Assembly (NCBI GenBank): GCA_044222475.1
Contig: JBGANF010000109.1
Coordinates: forward strand, 1-26,713
Direction: 5' to 3'
Source of the DNA: Polyangiaceae bacterium
Lineage (GTDB): Bacteria > Myxococcota_A > Polyangia > Polyangiales > Polyangiaceae
Length of the DNA: 26,713 nucleotides
Of the stretch, positions 11,089 to 20,755 are shown piece after piece. Position 1 is the first letter of the stretch; each line of letters begins with the position of its first letter. The notes beneath the pieces are model-generated. The model made no database searches. It saw only the letters and a program-made list of their open reading frames with translations, and was not told the origin of the DNA. The translations under genes and the position numbers were made by a program.

Positions 11089-12663
11089 AGCGGTCCGCTG
11101 CTCGGCCTCCTCGGCGCGATCGTCCTGGTCGCCGCCTGCTTTCCCCCCGAGAAGCCGCCGAAGCACGCGCCGGGAGTGAAGGTCGATCCCCCGGTGGAGT
11201 GCACGCCGGTGGCGAAGCTCCGCGCCGAAGCCGAGCAGGGGAGCCTGCGGAAGGCCGCTGCGCTCTTCGCGCGATCGAAGCCCTGCGAGGACAAGGAAGG
11301 CGCGCTCGTCATCGCGGGGGTGCTCGTCGATCTCGCTCGCTACGAAGATGCGTTGAAGGCGCTCGAGCGAACGAGCGGACCCGAGGTCGAGGCGATCCGA
11401 ACGTCGATCGCCGAGCGCCGCGCGGTCCGATCGGCGGAGGCCGTGGCGTCGGCCGCTGCCGAGTTTCGGCGCGGGCTCCTCGCGCGTGACCCGAAGGAGG
11501 CCGAGGCGAAGTTCCTCCACGCCTGGACGCTCGACGCTCCGAACGGGCAGGCGCTTCTCCACGCCGCGCTGCGTTCACCCGAGCTGAAGCACGTCTACGA
11601 GACGGACGGCGCGACGCCGGAGCAGCGCACGGAGCGGACGCGGGTGCTCCGCCTGCTCGAGCGCGCCGAAGCCGAGCTCGGGGTGGAGACCGGAACGAAG
11701 GCGCACGCCGGTCTCGCTGCACCGCCGGCGTGTCTCGGTCACCTCCACGACGACCTTCGCCTACGGTGGCTGGCCGACTCGGTGCATGGTGCGCTCGATT
11801 GCTCGGACGCGTCGCTCGTCTTCGAGATTGGGCTCGGCGCGCCCGCGCGGGTCGCGCAGTGGAGCACCGACGGTGCGTACGTCCTCGACGCGGCGCGACT
11901 TCCGCGGCTTCGATGGACCAAGGGCGACGCCGCCGATGGCTTCATCCCACGGACGACCCGCGCTCTGCCCGCGCCGCCTGCCGCGATCACGACGGCGCCG
12001 AAAGAATCGCTCGGTGAGTCCCGCGTCCTCCGCGACGGCGTCACGTCGTTCGCGACCGTGGTCGACACGAGCGGCGCGCCGCTGCGCCTCGTGCTCTTCG
12101 GCGGCGGGAAGGAGCTCGCGACCGTACCTCGAGGGTACGACGTGCACGATCTGGACGACGGTCGCATCGCGGTCCGCGCGAAGACGGGGGTCACGCTGTC
12201 CGACCGCGCGTGGCAGAAACGCGTGACGATCACCGGCGACGACGCCGACGTGAGCCCCGACGGCGCCCTCGTGCTGTTCAAGAAGGACGCCGGCCCATGG
12301 ATGCGCTCCGCCAGCGACGACAAGACGACGACCGACCTCGCGCCTCTCCTCGCGCCGGCCGACACCCTCGCACCCGCATCGGTGCAATGGTCCCGCGTCG
12401 GCCCATTGACCGCCACCGGCGATCGCTCGCTCGGCATCCAGCCCAGCGGGACCGTGCGCTTTCCCGGCGTCGCCATCCACGACCGCAAATACTCCCCGAC
12501 CGACGAGGTGGCCTGCGTCACCGCGGCCGATAAACGTGTATATTGCATGGATCCGGAGGGGCCGGTCGACGCGCTCGACGCGTTCGCACCTGGGCTGATC
12601 TGCCGCATCGGCCCGCACGTACTGCCGCTCGGGGCCTGTCCGTCGCTCGTGAAGCGCGACTGA
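11089..12663 (+). CDS. Putative lipoprotein with TPR-like helical N-terminal part and beta-propeller-like C-terminal part; start uncertain
   Basis: Open frame from 11089 with hydrophobic LLGLLGAIVLVAAC lipobox upstream of GTG 11176; repeats such as WSTDG and VSPDG. Confidence 0.6.
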   Translation, partial: SGPLLGLLGAIVLVAACFPPEKPPKHAPGVKVDPPVECTPVAKLRAEAEQGSLRKAAALFARSKPCEDKEGALVIAGVLVDLARYEDALKALERTSGPEVEAIRTSIAERRAVRSAEAVASAAAEFRRGLLARDPKEAEAKFLHAWTLDAPNGQALLHAALRSPELKHVYETDGATPEQRTERTRVLRLLERAEAELGVETGTKAHAGLAAPPACLGHLHDDLRLRWLADSVHGALDCSDASLVFEIGLGAPARVAQWSTDGAYVLDAARLPRLRWTKGDAADGFIPRTTRALPAPPAAITTAPKESLGESRVLRDGVTSFATVVDTSGAPLRLVLFGGGKELATVPRGYDVHDLDDGRIAVRAKTGVTLSDRAWQKRVTITGDDADVSPDGALVLFKKDAGPWMRSASDDKTTTDLAPLLAPADTLAPASVQWSRVGPLTATGDRSLGIQPSGTVRFPGVAIHDRKYSPTDEVACVTAADKRVYCMDPEGPVDALDAFAPGLICRIGPHVLPLGACPSLVKRD

Positions 12664-13404
12664 TCACCAGAGCTTGTGGGTCACGAGCCGCACGCCCATG
12701 CCGAAGAACGGCGGGAGCTGCTTCTCGCCGAACACTCCGGTGCCACCGGTCATGTCGAGCTGCAGGTGATCCTCGAAGAAGAAGCGGAAGCCGGCTTGGA
12801 TCGCGCCGGCGACGGAGCCGACGTAGGGATCGCCCGAGTAGAGCTCGGCGATGCCGTGCCAGATCCCGTAGATGCGAAACTCGGTCCCGACGCCGAACGT
12901 GAACGCCGCGGCGCGGCCTTCGAGCGCGGCGCCGGTGAAGCCGACGTTGGCGTGGACGAGGATGCGGTCTTCCTTCCACAGCGACTCGGTGAGCGCGAGG
13001 TACGCGAAGCCGGCCCAGCCTTCGGGCTCCAGGCTGCCGCGCCCCGCCGGGACGACCCCACCGATGACGACGGCGAGGCCGGGCCACGAGTTCCTCACCG
13101 GATCGTGGACGAGGAACTTCCCCTGAAAGAGGGGCCCGCCGATCGAGTACTGGTTTCGATCGAGCTCGTCGCGGCCGACGCCGTGGACGAAGCCGACCGA
13201 TAGCTCCATGTGATCGTTCGGCCCGACGGCCCCGACGGCCCAGTGTTGGAACGAGTTGGGCTCGACGCGGAACCACGTCTCCAGCTGCATCTGTCCACCG
13301 CCGACGACGCGCGCATCGTCGGTGACGAACGGGCGAACGGCGTGCGCGTCGGGCGCGCTCGCGACGATCAGGGCGAAGACGAGAAAAGCGAGACGCGAGC
13401 GCAC
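12664..13404 (-). CDS. Putative outer-membrane beta-barrel (MetA-pathway phenol degradation/transporter-like)
   Basis: Signal peptide ending AHA, mature N-terminus RPFVTDDARVV, amphipathic strands (HANVG, LQLD), aromatic C-terminus. Start GTG 13404. Confidence 0.65.
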   Translation of the reverse strand: MRSRLAFLVFALIVASAPDAHAVRPFVTDDARVVGGGQMQLETWFRVEPNSFQHWAVGAVGPNDHMELSVGFVHGVGRDELDRNQYSIGGPLFQGKFLVHDPVRNSWPGLAVVIGGVVPAGRGSLEPEGWAGFAYLALTESLWKEDRILVHANVGFTGAALEGRAAAFTFGVGTEFRIYGIWHGIAELYSGDPYVGSVAGAIQAGFRFFFEDHLQLDMTGGTGVFGEKQLPPFFGMGVRLVTHKLW

Positions 13405-13507
13405 TGGGGGGGCATTTTGCCAAGACCGACGCGCCAGGGACAAGAAAGGGGAGGGGGGCGCCTCCGTCGTTCTCGTTGACCGATTGAACGTGCTCTATTT
13501 CGATCCC

Positions 13508-14035
13508 ATGCGCTTCCACGGGGGCACGATGGACGAACCGCTCGGCCGTCGCGCGTCCTTCGCCGATTGGACCTTCGTGGCCTGCATCGGTGAGCTCGAA
13601 GGGCGTCCGCCGAGCTCGCATGGCCTCGCGCAACACCTCGCGTCGGGAACGGTCCCCGCCGTGCTGCGGCGCGCCATCGCCGAGAAGTACGATGCCGCCT
13701 GGGTCCGCGCTCGTCTTCCGCGCGTCTTCGGGTATTCCGTCGAAAACGCCGAGATGGAGAAGGCGCTCCTGTTCGAAACCTTCGTTGCCGTCCGCGGCGA
13801 AGCCGCGTTCGTGTTCCAGGCATGTGACTACTACGGGCGCACCGATCTGACCTTCGCCGAGTCGGTCGACGAAGACACGAAGAACGCGATCGCGACGGCC
13901 TTCTGGGGCCTCCTCCTCGCCGAGCCCAACGACCTCGAAGACTTCGCCGCGCGCGTCTACCACCCCGGCGCAGGTTGTTGGCTGGAGTTTGCGTGCGACC
14001 GAGGTGAGGTTTCGCTCCGCGAGACGGAGGAGTGA
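13508..14035 (+). CDS. Hypothetical protein
   Basis: Globular-looking composition and GC3 bias. Start is ATG 13508 or 13529; the longer ORF overlaps the barrel gene. Confidence 0.6.
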   Translation: MRFHGGTMDEPLGRRASFADWTFVACIGELEGRPPSSHGLAQHLASGTVPAVLRRAIAEKYDAAWVRARLPRVFGYSVENAEMEKALLFETFVAVRGEAAFVFQACDYYGRTDLTFAESVDEDTKNAIATAFWGLLLAEPNDLEDFAARVYHPGAGCWLEFACDRGEVSLRETEE

Positions 14036-14114
14036 TCCGGTTCAGTGTGTTGGGATCGTACGATGTACCAAGTTGGTATGTCGACGAACCGTGTCCGGCA
14101 CGAGAGTGGCACCC

Positions 14115-14191
14115 ACTCTCCCCACGCGGCGCGAAGCGCCGCGTTTGGGGAGAGTCTGGCGCGCGCAGGCGCGAAGCGCCGAGCACGCCAG
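14115..14191. repeat. Tandem REP-like hairpins each capped by GGCGC-GAA-GCGCC
   Basis: Hairpin 14115-14155 (18 bp with a TT bulge) and hairpin 14156-14191 share the 13-mer GGCGCGAAGCGCC. Confidence 0.6.
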
Positions 14192-14237
14192 GTGAGGGGC
14201 ATTCCTCGCCCAACCGTGCTAAATCCGGACCCCACCC

Positions 14238-14921
14238 ATGCGCGCCACCGTCGTCCTCTTCCCGGGTCTGAACGCCGAAGTCGAGATGCTCCGCACCATC
14301 CGTGACGTGTGCGGCACCGAGGCGACGGTCGCCTGGCACACCGACACCAAGCTCCCCGACGGCACCGACTTCGTCGCGATCCCCGGGGGCTTCAGCTACG
14401 GCGACTACCTTCGCTGCGGCGCGCTCGCCAAGGCGAGCCCGATCCTCGGCGCGATCCGCGCGCACGCCGAACGCGGCGGCTACGTCCTCGGCGTGTGCAA
14501 CGGCTTCCAGATCCTCACCGAGGTCGGCCTCCTCCCCGGCGCGCTCACCCAGAACAAACACCTCCGCTTCGAGTGCGGCGACTGGTGGGTCAAGGTCACC
14601 GCCGAGGGGCCGTTCACGAAGAAGATCGGTGACGTCTGGCGCCTGCCGATCGCTCACGCCGAAGGCCGCTACCAGGCCTCGCGCGACGTGCTCGATCGCC
14701 TCGAGGGCGAAGGCCTCGTCGCGCTGCGGTACTGCAACGCGCGCGGCGTCGTCGGCGGCGCGGCGAACCCCAACGGTTCCATCTCCGACATCGCCGGCGT
14801 GTACGGCGGCCCGAACAAGAACGTCCTCGGCCTCATGCCTCACCCCGAGCGCATGAGCGAATCGATCCTCGGAGGTGACGACGGACGCCACCTGTTCGAG
14901 GCGGTGCTCCGCGCCGCGTAG
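14238..14921 (+). CDS. purQ: Phosphoribosylformylglycinamidine synthase glutaminase subunit PurQ
   Basis: FPG, PGGFSYGDYLR, GVCNGFQIL (catalytic Cys), AHAEG, NPNGS, GLMPHPER. Confidence 0.97.
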   Translation: MRATVVLFPGLNAEVEMLRTIRDVCGTEATVAWHTDTKLPDGTDFVAIPGGFSYGDYLRCGALAKASPILGAIRAHAERGGYVLGVCNGFQILTEVGLLPGALTQNKHLRFECGDWWVKVTAEGPFTKKIGDVWRLPIAHAEGRYQASRDVLDRLEGEGLVALRYCNARGVVGGAANPNGSISDIAGVYGGPNKNVLGLMPHPERMSESILGGDDGRHLFEAVLRAA

Positions 14922-14938
14922 CGGCAGTCACGTTCAGC

Positions 14939-16663
14939 ATGGATTTTCTCTACTTCATCATCCTGGTGAGCGTGCTCGTGTTCGTCCACGAGCTCGGTCA
15001 CTTCGCGATGGCGAAGGCGTTCAACGTGAAGGTCATCACCTTCAGCCTCGGCTTCGGGCCGAAGATCCTGCGCGTCCGCGGCACCGAGACGGAGTACTGC
15101 ATCGGTCTCCTCCCGCTCGGCGGGTTCGTGAAGATGCTCGAGAAGTCGAAGGGCGGCGAGACGATCGCGCCCGAGGACGAGAAGCGCACCTTCGAGGCTC
15201 AAGCCGTGTGGAAGCGCGTGCTCATCGTCCTCGCCGGGCCGGCGATGAACGTGCTGTTCCCGGTTCTCCTCTACACCGCGGTCTACTTCGAGAGCGCCGA
15301 GCTCCTGCCGCCGGTCGTGGGGAACGTCTCCCCCGGGAAGCCAGCCGACGGGAAGCTGCTCCCGGGTGATCGCATCCTCTCGATCGAGGGGAGCGACGTC
15401 ACGACCTTCCCCGACATCCAGGCGATCGTCCAGAAGAACGCGGGCAAGGCGCTCCACTTCTCCGTCCAGCGCGACGGCAAGACGATGGACATCACGCTCA
15501 CGCCGCAAGACGAGTCCGAGGTGAAGGACCTCGACATCGAAGAGCACAACGGCCGCATCGGCGTTCAGCCGAATTTCCCCGCTCCGGTGATCGGCGTTCC
15601 GCGACCCGACTCTCCGGCGTATCGGGCCGGGCTCCGCACCTTCGATCGCATCACCGCGGTCAACGGCCGCAAGGTCGAGCGCTTCCTCGATCTCGCCGAG
15701 CTGCTCGCTCAGAACCGCGGCGACGCCGTCGTGCTCGCGTACCTCCGCCCGGTCGAGGTCCCGAACGCGCTCGGCGGCCTCGCCGACATCGCCCTCCTCG
15801 AGCCTCAAGTGGCGACGCTCACGCCGCTCGTCCGCGCGAGCGACGCGAAGACCGAGCTCGACTCTCGCGCGCGCGCCGACGACGTGTTCGTGCGCACCGG
15901 CATCGAGAGCTCCGACATGTACGTCGCGTTCGTGCCGCCGGACTCGAGCGAATGGCAGGCGGGCCTTCGCGCGGGCGATCGCGTGACGATGCTCGACGGC
16001 GCGCCGCAACGACGGTGGCAGACCTTCGCCGACGATCTCCTCCGCGGGAAGAGCACCGCCCGCAAGCTCGAGTGGACGCGCGACGGCGAGCCCATGGCCG
16101 GCACGTTCGCGCTCCGCAACGAGCAGTGGGACGACGAGTTCGGCCAGCACTACGAGCGCTATGTCTTTCACACGACCCATTGGGCGCCGAACTCGCCCGA
16201 CAAGATGGTCCCGAACGATCGCCGCATCCGCTACGCGCTCTCGCACGGCGTCAGCGAGACGTGGAAGGCGATCGAGTTCGTCGGCTACGGGTTGCTCCGG
16301 CTCGTCCAAGGGCGCGTGAGCCTGTCGTCGGTGAGCGGTCCCATCACCCTCTACGACGTCGCCGGCAAAGCCGGCGCACAAGGCCCCTCGTACTTCGCCT
16401 GGGCGATGGCCCTCGTGTCGGTCAACCTCGGGCTCATCAACCTCCTGCCGATCCCCGTGCTCGACGGCGGTCAGCTCGCGATGATCTTCATCGAGGGGGT
16501 GCGTCGTCGTCCTCTCACGCGCCGCGCGCGCGAGATGGCGAGCCTCGTCGGGATGAGCATGCTCGTCCTCTTGATGGCCCTCGCGTTCAAGAACGACGTC
16601 CAGCGCAAATGGTCCGACATCGCGGCCTCGGTCCACGAGCTCTTCGGGCGAGACCGGAAGTGA
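14939..16663 (+). CDS. rseP: RIP metalloprotease RseP (M50, multiple PDZ domains)
   Basis: HELGH, PLGGFVKM, AGPAMN, three PDZ-like GDRI/FDRI/GDRV repeats, NLLPIPVLDGG. Confidence 0.95.
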   Translation: MDFLYFIILVSVLVFVHELGHFAMAKAFNVKVITFSLGFGPKILRVRGTETEYCIGLLPLGGFVKMLEKSKGGETIAPEDEKRTFEAQAVWKRVLIVLAGPAMNVLFPVLLYTAVYFESAELLPPVVGNVSPGKPADGKLLPGDRILSIEGSDVTTFPDIQAIVQKNAGKALHFSVQRDGKTMDITLTPQDESEVKDLDIEEHNGRIGVQPNFPAPVIGVPRPDSPAYRAGLRTFDRITAVNGRKVERFLDLAELLAQNRGDAVVLAYLRPVEVPNALGGLADIALLEPQVATLTPLVRASDAKTELDSRARADDVFVRTGIESSDMYVAFVPPDSSEWQAGLRAGDRVTMLDGAPQRRWQTFADDLLRGKSTARKLEWTRDGEPMAGTFALRNEQWDDEFGQHYERYVFHTTHWAPNSPDKMVPNDRRIRYALSHGVSETWKAIEFVGYGLLRLVQGRVSLSSVSGPITLYDVAGKAGAQGPSYFAWAMALVSVNLGLINLLPIPVLDGGQLAMIFIEGVRRRPLTRRAREMASLVGMSMLVLLMALAFKNDVQRKWSDIAASVHELFGRDRK

Positions 16664-18006
16664 GCACCGCACGAAGGCCGCCCGATGCGCGCAACGTCGC
16701 CGGGCGCGCGCTCGTCCGTGCTCTCCGCGACGACGCCTTCGCCGCCGCTGCGCTCGACGCCGAGATTCAGCGCGCACCCCAGCTCTCCGCCCGCGACCGC
16801 GCGTTCGCGACCGAGCTCGTCTACGGAACGCTTCGCGTGGTCCCGTTCCTCCGCGAGCGCATCGACGTGCGAGCCAAGCACCCGCTCGACAAGCAGCCGC
16901 TGCCGGTGCGCGCCGCGCTGCTCGTCGCCGCCTATCAGTTGTATTTTGCACGCGTTCCGCCGTTCGCCGCCGTCGACGCCGCGGTCGAGAGCGTGCGGGC
17001 GGAGCTCGGTCGCGAGGTCGCCGGGTTCGTCAACGCGGTCCTGCGGCGCGTCGCCGAAGACGCCGCCGCGTCGCGACCGTCGCGGGAAGAGGCGCTCTTC
17101 GCGTCGTGCCCCGAGTGGCTGCGCGGGTCGCTCGAAGCCGCGCTCGGCCCCGAGCGCGCGCGCGCCTTCCTCGCCGCCGCGGAGCCGCCGGTCGGTCTCC
17201 GCGTGCGCGTCTCCGCCGATCGCGACGCCGCGATCACCGCGCTCGCCGCCCACGACGCGAGCGCGACCTTCGAGCCCGGCCGCGCTTCGCCGCTCGCGAT
17301 CCTCGCGCGCCACGCGGGTCGCCCGCGCGATCTGCCTGGCGTCGCCGAGGGGGACCTCTTCGTCCAAGAGGAGGGCTCGCAGGTCGTCGCCTTGGCCCTC
17401 GGTGCGCGCCCGGGCGACACGGTGCTCGACGCGTGCGCCGGCCGCGGCAACAAGACCGCGCTCCTCGCCGAGCTCGTGGGCGCAGGCGGCGCCGTCGATG
17501 CGTGCGATCTGCACGAATCCAAGCTCGAGCGGTTGAAGGACGACCTCGCCGCGCGGGGGACGCCGGTGCGCGCGGTCTACGCGGTCGACTGGCCGCACGG
17601 CTCGGGCGACGTACCCGACGGGTACGACCGCGTCCTCGTGGACGCGCCGTGCTCCGGGATCGGGACGCTCCGCCGCCGGCCCGACCTCATGCTGCGCCGC
17701 GAGTCGGCTCAGCTCGGAGAGCTCGCGACGCTCCAGCTCGCGATCCTCGAGAGCGCGGCGACGCGCGTGCGCCCCGGCGGCACGCTCGTCTACGCGGTGT
17801 GCAGCGTTCTCCGCGAGGAAGGCGAGGCCGTCATCGAAGGATTCCTCGCGCGGGTCCCCGGCTTCGAGGCAGCGCCTTTTCAGCCCGATTTGCCGGTCTT
17901 TCCTCGCGGCGCATCGACCCTACGTCTCACCCCCGAAGAGCACGGAACGGATGGCTACTACCTCGCCTGCCTTCGTCGCGTTGCGAACCAGCCGGTAGGG
18001 GCGTAA
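16660..18006 (+). CDS. rsmB: 16S rRNA m5C methyltransferase RsmB/Sun family (NusB-like N-terminus)
   Basis: GTGA overlap with the rseP stop. DRAFATELVYGTLR, FVNAVLR, VQEEGSQ, DACAGRGNK, DAPCSG, YAVCS. Confidence 0.88.
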   Translation: MSTARRPPDARNVAGRALVRALRDDAFAAAALDAEIQRAPQLSARDRAFATELVYGTLRVVPFLRERIDVRAKHPLDKQPLPVRAALLVAAYQLYFARVPPFAAVDAAVESVRAELGREVAGFVNAVLRRVAEDAAASRPSREEALFASCPEWLRGSLEAALGPERARAFLAAAEPPVGLRVRVSADRDAAITALAAHDASATFEPGRASPLAILARHAGRPRDLPGVAEGDLFVQEEGSQVVALALGARPGDTVLDACAGRGNKTALLAELVGAGGAVDACDLHESKLERLKDDLAARGTPVRAVYAVDWPHGSGDVPDGYDRVLVDAPCSGIGTLRRRPDLMLRRESAQLGELATLQLAILESAATRVRPGGTLVYAVCSVLREEGEAVIEGFLARVPGFEAAPFQPDLPVFPRGASTLRLTPEEHGTDGYYLACLRRVANQPVGA

Positions 18007-18031
18007 AAGACTCCGTCTTCCAGGAGAATGC

Positions 18032-19303
18032 ATGGCCATCGACGTCCCCCTTCCCCAACTCGGTGAAAGCGTCACCGAGGGAACGCTCACCAAGTGGCTC
18101 GTCCGCGAGGGTGACGTGGTGCAAAAGGATCAGCCGATCCTCGTCATCTCGACCGACAAGGCGGACGCCGAGATCCCGGCGCCGGCGAGCGGTCGCGTGT
18201 CCAAGCTCTTCGTGAAGGAAGGCGACGTCATCGCCGTGCGCACGGTGCTGGCTCAGATCGAAGAGGGCGTGACCCAGGCCACCTCCGCGCCGCGCGCGCC
18301 CGAGCCTCCTCCGGCAGCCGTGGCGGCCAACGGCCCCGCGTCGCCGATCGCGTCGCCGTCCGTCCGCAAGGAAGCGCGCGAACAAGGCATCGACCTCGCC
18401 GGAGTCGCCGGCACCGGCGATCACGGCCGCATCACCAAGGACGACGTCCAGCGCGCGCGCCCCGCCGCGCCCCCCGCGGCCGCGCCTGCGCCCTCCGCGC
18501 CCCAGAAGCTCGCGGCGATGATCAACCAGTCCGGCGGCTTCGTCCCGCCGATCCCGGGCGCGGGATACGGCTCGTTCAAGGTCCCGGCGTATCGGCCGAA
18601 CGAAGGCGATCAGGTCATCCCGTTCACGCGCCGCCGGCGCATCACCGCCGACCACATGACGTACTCGAAGTTCGCTTCGCCGCACGTCGTGACCGTGGCC
18701 GAGGTCGACCTCCACAAGGCGGCCGCTCTCCGCGAGGCCAACAAGGATCGCTACAAGAAGGAAGGGCACGCGCTGACGATGCTCGCCTTCGTCGTCGTCG
18801 CCGCCGCGCGCGCTCTTCGCGAGAACCCGCAGCTCAACGCGCGCGTCCTCGACGACGCGTACGTGCTCTTCAAGGACGTCAACGTCGGCGTCGCCGTCGA
18901 CTCGCCCGACGGGCTCGTGGTCCCGGTCATCCGCCGCGCCGACGAGCTCGGCGTGCGCGGGATCGTTCGCGCCATCGACGACGTCGCGAAGCGCGCCAAG
19001 GGCGGCAAGATCACCATCGACGATCTCAGCGGCGCGACGTTCTCGGTCACCAACCCTGGGATCAAGGGCAACCTGTTCGGCGGCGCGATCATCAACCAAC
19101 CCAACGTCGGCATCCTCCGCATGGGCGAGATCAACAAGCGCGTCGTCGTCGTCGAGGGGCCCTCCGGCGAAGACATGATGGCCATCCACCCGGTGATGTA
19201 CGTGGCGCTCAGCTACGATCACCGCATCGTGGACGGCGTCGCCGCGAACAACTTCCTCTGGCGCGTGACCGAGCTCCTCGAGAAGGCCGACTTCGAGGTC
19301 TGA
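18032..19303 (+). CDS. 2-oxoacid dehydrogenase E2 (dihydrolipoamide acyltransferase, SucB-like)
   Basis: Lipoyl domain PQLGESVTEG...TDKA, E3-binding ASPSVRK...GTGDHGRITKDDV, catalytic DHRIVDG. AGGAG RBS. Confidence 0.92.
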   Translation: MAIDVPLPQLGESVTEGTLTKWLVREGDVVQKDQPILVISTDKADAEIPAPASGRVSKLFVKEGDVIAVRTVLAQIEEGVTQATSAPRAPEPPPAAVAANGPASPIASPSVRKEAREQGIDLAGVAGTGDHGRITKDDVQRARPAAPPAAAPAPSAPQKLAAMINQSGGFVPPIPGAGYGSFKVPAYRPNEGDQVIPFTRRRRITADHMTYSKFASPHVVTVAEVDLHKAAALREANKDRYKKEGHALTMLAFVVVAAARALRENPQLNARVLDDAYVLFKDVNVGVAVDSPDGLVVPVIRRADELGVRGIVRAIDDVAKRAKGGKITIDDLSGATFSVTNPGIKGNLFGGAIINQPNVGILRMGEINKRVVVVEGPSGEDMMAIHPVMYVALSYDHRIVDGVAANNFLWRVTELLEKADFEV

Positions 19304-19339
19304 ATCACCGTTCGTGATCTTCGATCACACGGTGATTCA
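19301..19339. terminator. Long inverted repeat at the E2 stop, between convergent genes
   Basis: TGAATCACCGT-TC-GTGATC-TTC-GATCAC-ACGGTGATTCA (17 bp with a 2-nt bulge). A second hairpin lies at 19353-19379. Confidence 0.5.
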
Positions 19340-19420
19340 GATGTACCACCCTGGGGAAGGCGGCTCGCGCCGCCTCCCCTCGTTCGGCAGAGCCTCCGCT
19401 GCGCGTCGGGATTCCCACCG

Positions 19421-20746
19421 CTACCGTCTGCGACGTGCGAGCACGGCCAGCGTTGCAACCGCCAGCGCCGCGAGCGATCCGGCTCCGACGTCGCCGAAGG
19501 CGGCGCTCGTGCATCCGCAGCTCGGCTCCGGCGGTGGCGGCGGCGGGGGAGTGGTCCCGGCGTCGATCCCGAGCGTGACCTTCAGCTGGGGCCACTCGGC
19601 AGCGCATTTCGCCGTCTCGGTGGAGGCCGCGCACTCGAGCGGCCCCCGGATCTGAGTGAGCTTGTAGACCGGGGCGAACGTCGCGCCGTCGTTCAGCGAC
19701 TCGCCGAGGACGAAGCCTTCCCGAGGCGCGGCATCCGCCGGCACGAACTCCGACGAGCACGCGTAGAGGCGATCCGTCGTCGCGGCGAGGCACTTCACGA
19801 TGAAGGGCTGCAGCTGCACGAACGCGAAGCTCGTCGTGTCGGCCGCGTAGAGCCCTCCGAACCCGGAGCCGATCCAGACCTTTTTTCCGTCGGGGGAGAG
19901 GGCGAACCCGAGAGGCGGGCCGCCGCGCCATCGTTCGACGAAGCTCTTTCCGCCGTCGTCGGTGACGAGGAGTCGCCCAGCGGCGATCTGCGTACCCCCG
20001 TCGCCCGTGCTGATCGTTCGCACGTAGACGCGGTTCGCGTCGTTAGGGTCCACGGCGGCGATGAAGGCGCCGCGCTCGGCAGGCTCGAGCGGAATGGGGA
20101 AGCTGGCGAACGATCCTCCGCCGTCGGTCGAGGCCAGAAGAAACGCCTCGATCTTGGGGTCGAACCGTCGCCCGGTGACGTAGATGCGCTGAGGATCCGA
20201 CCTCGCGAAGTCGATCGTGTCGACGACGAGCGTGGGGTCGAGCGCGGCCGCCGCAAACGTCCACGTGCGAGCGGAGTCGTTCGAGAGGGCGACGCGCGAG
20301 ACGTAGAGCGGGGCGCCCGCGTCGTCGCCCTTGTCGAAGTTGTTCGTGACCGCGATCGCTCGCTTGGGCGCTCCAGGGAACGTCGCGACGTCGACCACGA
20401 AGCTCGTGTCGATCGGGGCTTTGCGCACCCAGGAGCAACCCGCGTTCTCGGAGACGGCGAGCCCGTTGAAGGTGCCCGCGAGCAGCGTTCTCCCGTCGGC
20501 GATGGCGACCGGCGGATCGAAGACGCCCGAGTACCCGATGGCCGACTCGCAGATCCAGTCCCAGGTCTTCCCTCGGTCGCGGCTGACGAGCACCCCGAAC
20601 GTCATCCGGAGAACGAGGAAGTCCGGGTCGCCGTCGGCGACGACGAGCTGGTTGGCCTCCGGGATCCGCCCGTTCGCGTTGGCCTGCCTCGCGTCGCCCA
20701 GGGCGAGGAGGAGCGCGACGAACGTCAGGGCCGATGTCGAACGCAT
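19421..20746 (-). CDS. Secreted BNR/Asp-box beta-propeller protein with MYXO-CTERM sorting signal
   Basis: Signal peptide; Asp-box repeats SRDRGKTW, STDGGGSF, TDDGGKSF, SLNDGATF; C-terminal SCGC, TM helix and RRRR. Confidence 0.85.
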   Translation of the reverse strand: MRSTSALTFVALLLALGDARQANANGRIPEANQLVVADGDPDFLVLRMTFGVLVSRDRGKTWDWICESAIGYSGVFDPPVAIADGRTLLAGTFNGLAVSENAGCSWVRKAPIDTSFVVDVATFPGAPKRAIAVTNNFDKGDDAGAPLYVSRVALSNDSARTWTFAAAALDPTLVVDTIDFARSDPQRIYVTGRRFDPKIEAFLLASTDGGGSFASFPIPLEPAERGAFIAAVDPNDANRVYVRTISTGDGGTQIAAGRLLVTDDGGKSFVERWRGGPPLGFALSPDGKKVWIGSGFGGLYAADTTSFAFVQLQPFIVKCLAATTDRLYACSSEFVPADAAPREGFVLGESLNDGATFAPVYKLTQIRGPLECAASTETAKCAAEWPQLKVTLGIDAGTTPPPPPPPEPSCGCTSAAFGDVGAGSLAALAVATLAVLARRRR

Positions 20747-20755
20747 GCGCGCAGC

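Noticed and set aside
14036..14237. Known purine-related riboswitch (ZTP, PRPP, guanine) before purQ
   Set aside because: No recognisable aptamer consensus or terminator platform.
15952..16659. N-terminal extension of the 684-aa ORF
   Set aside because: Overlaps rseP in another frame. RsmB similarity starts at GTG 16660.
18032..19303. Lone E2 without E1/E3 as a novel system
   Set aside because: All motifs are canonical, and scattered dehydrogenase subunit genes are not unusual.
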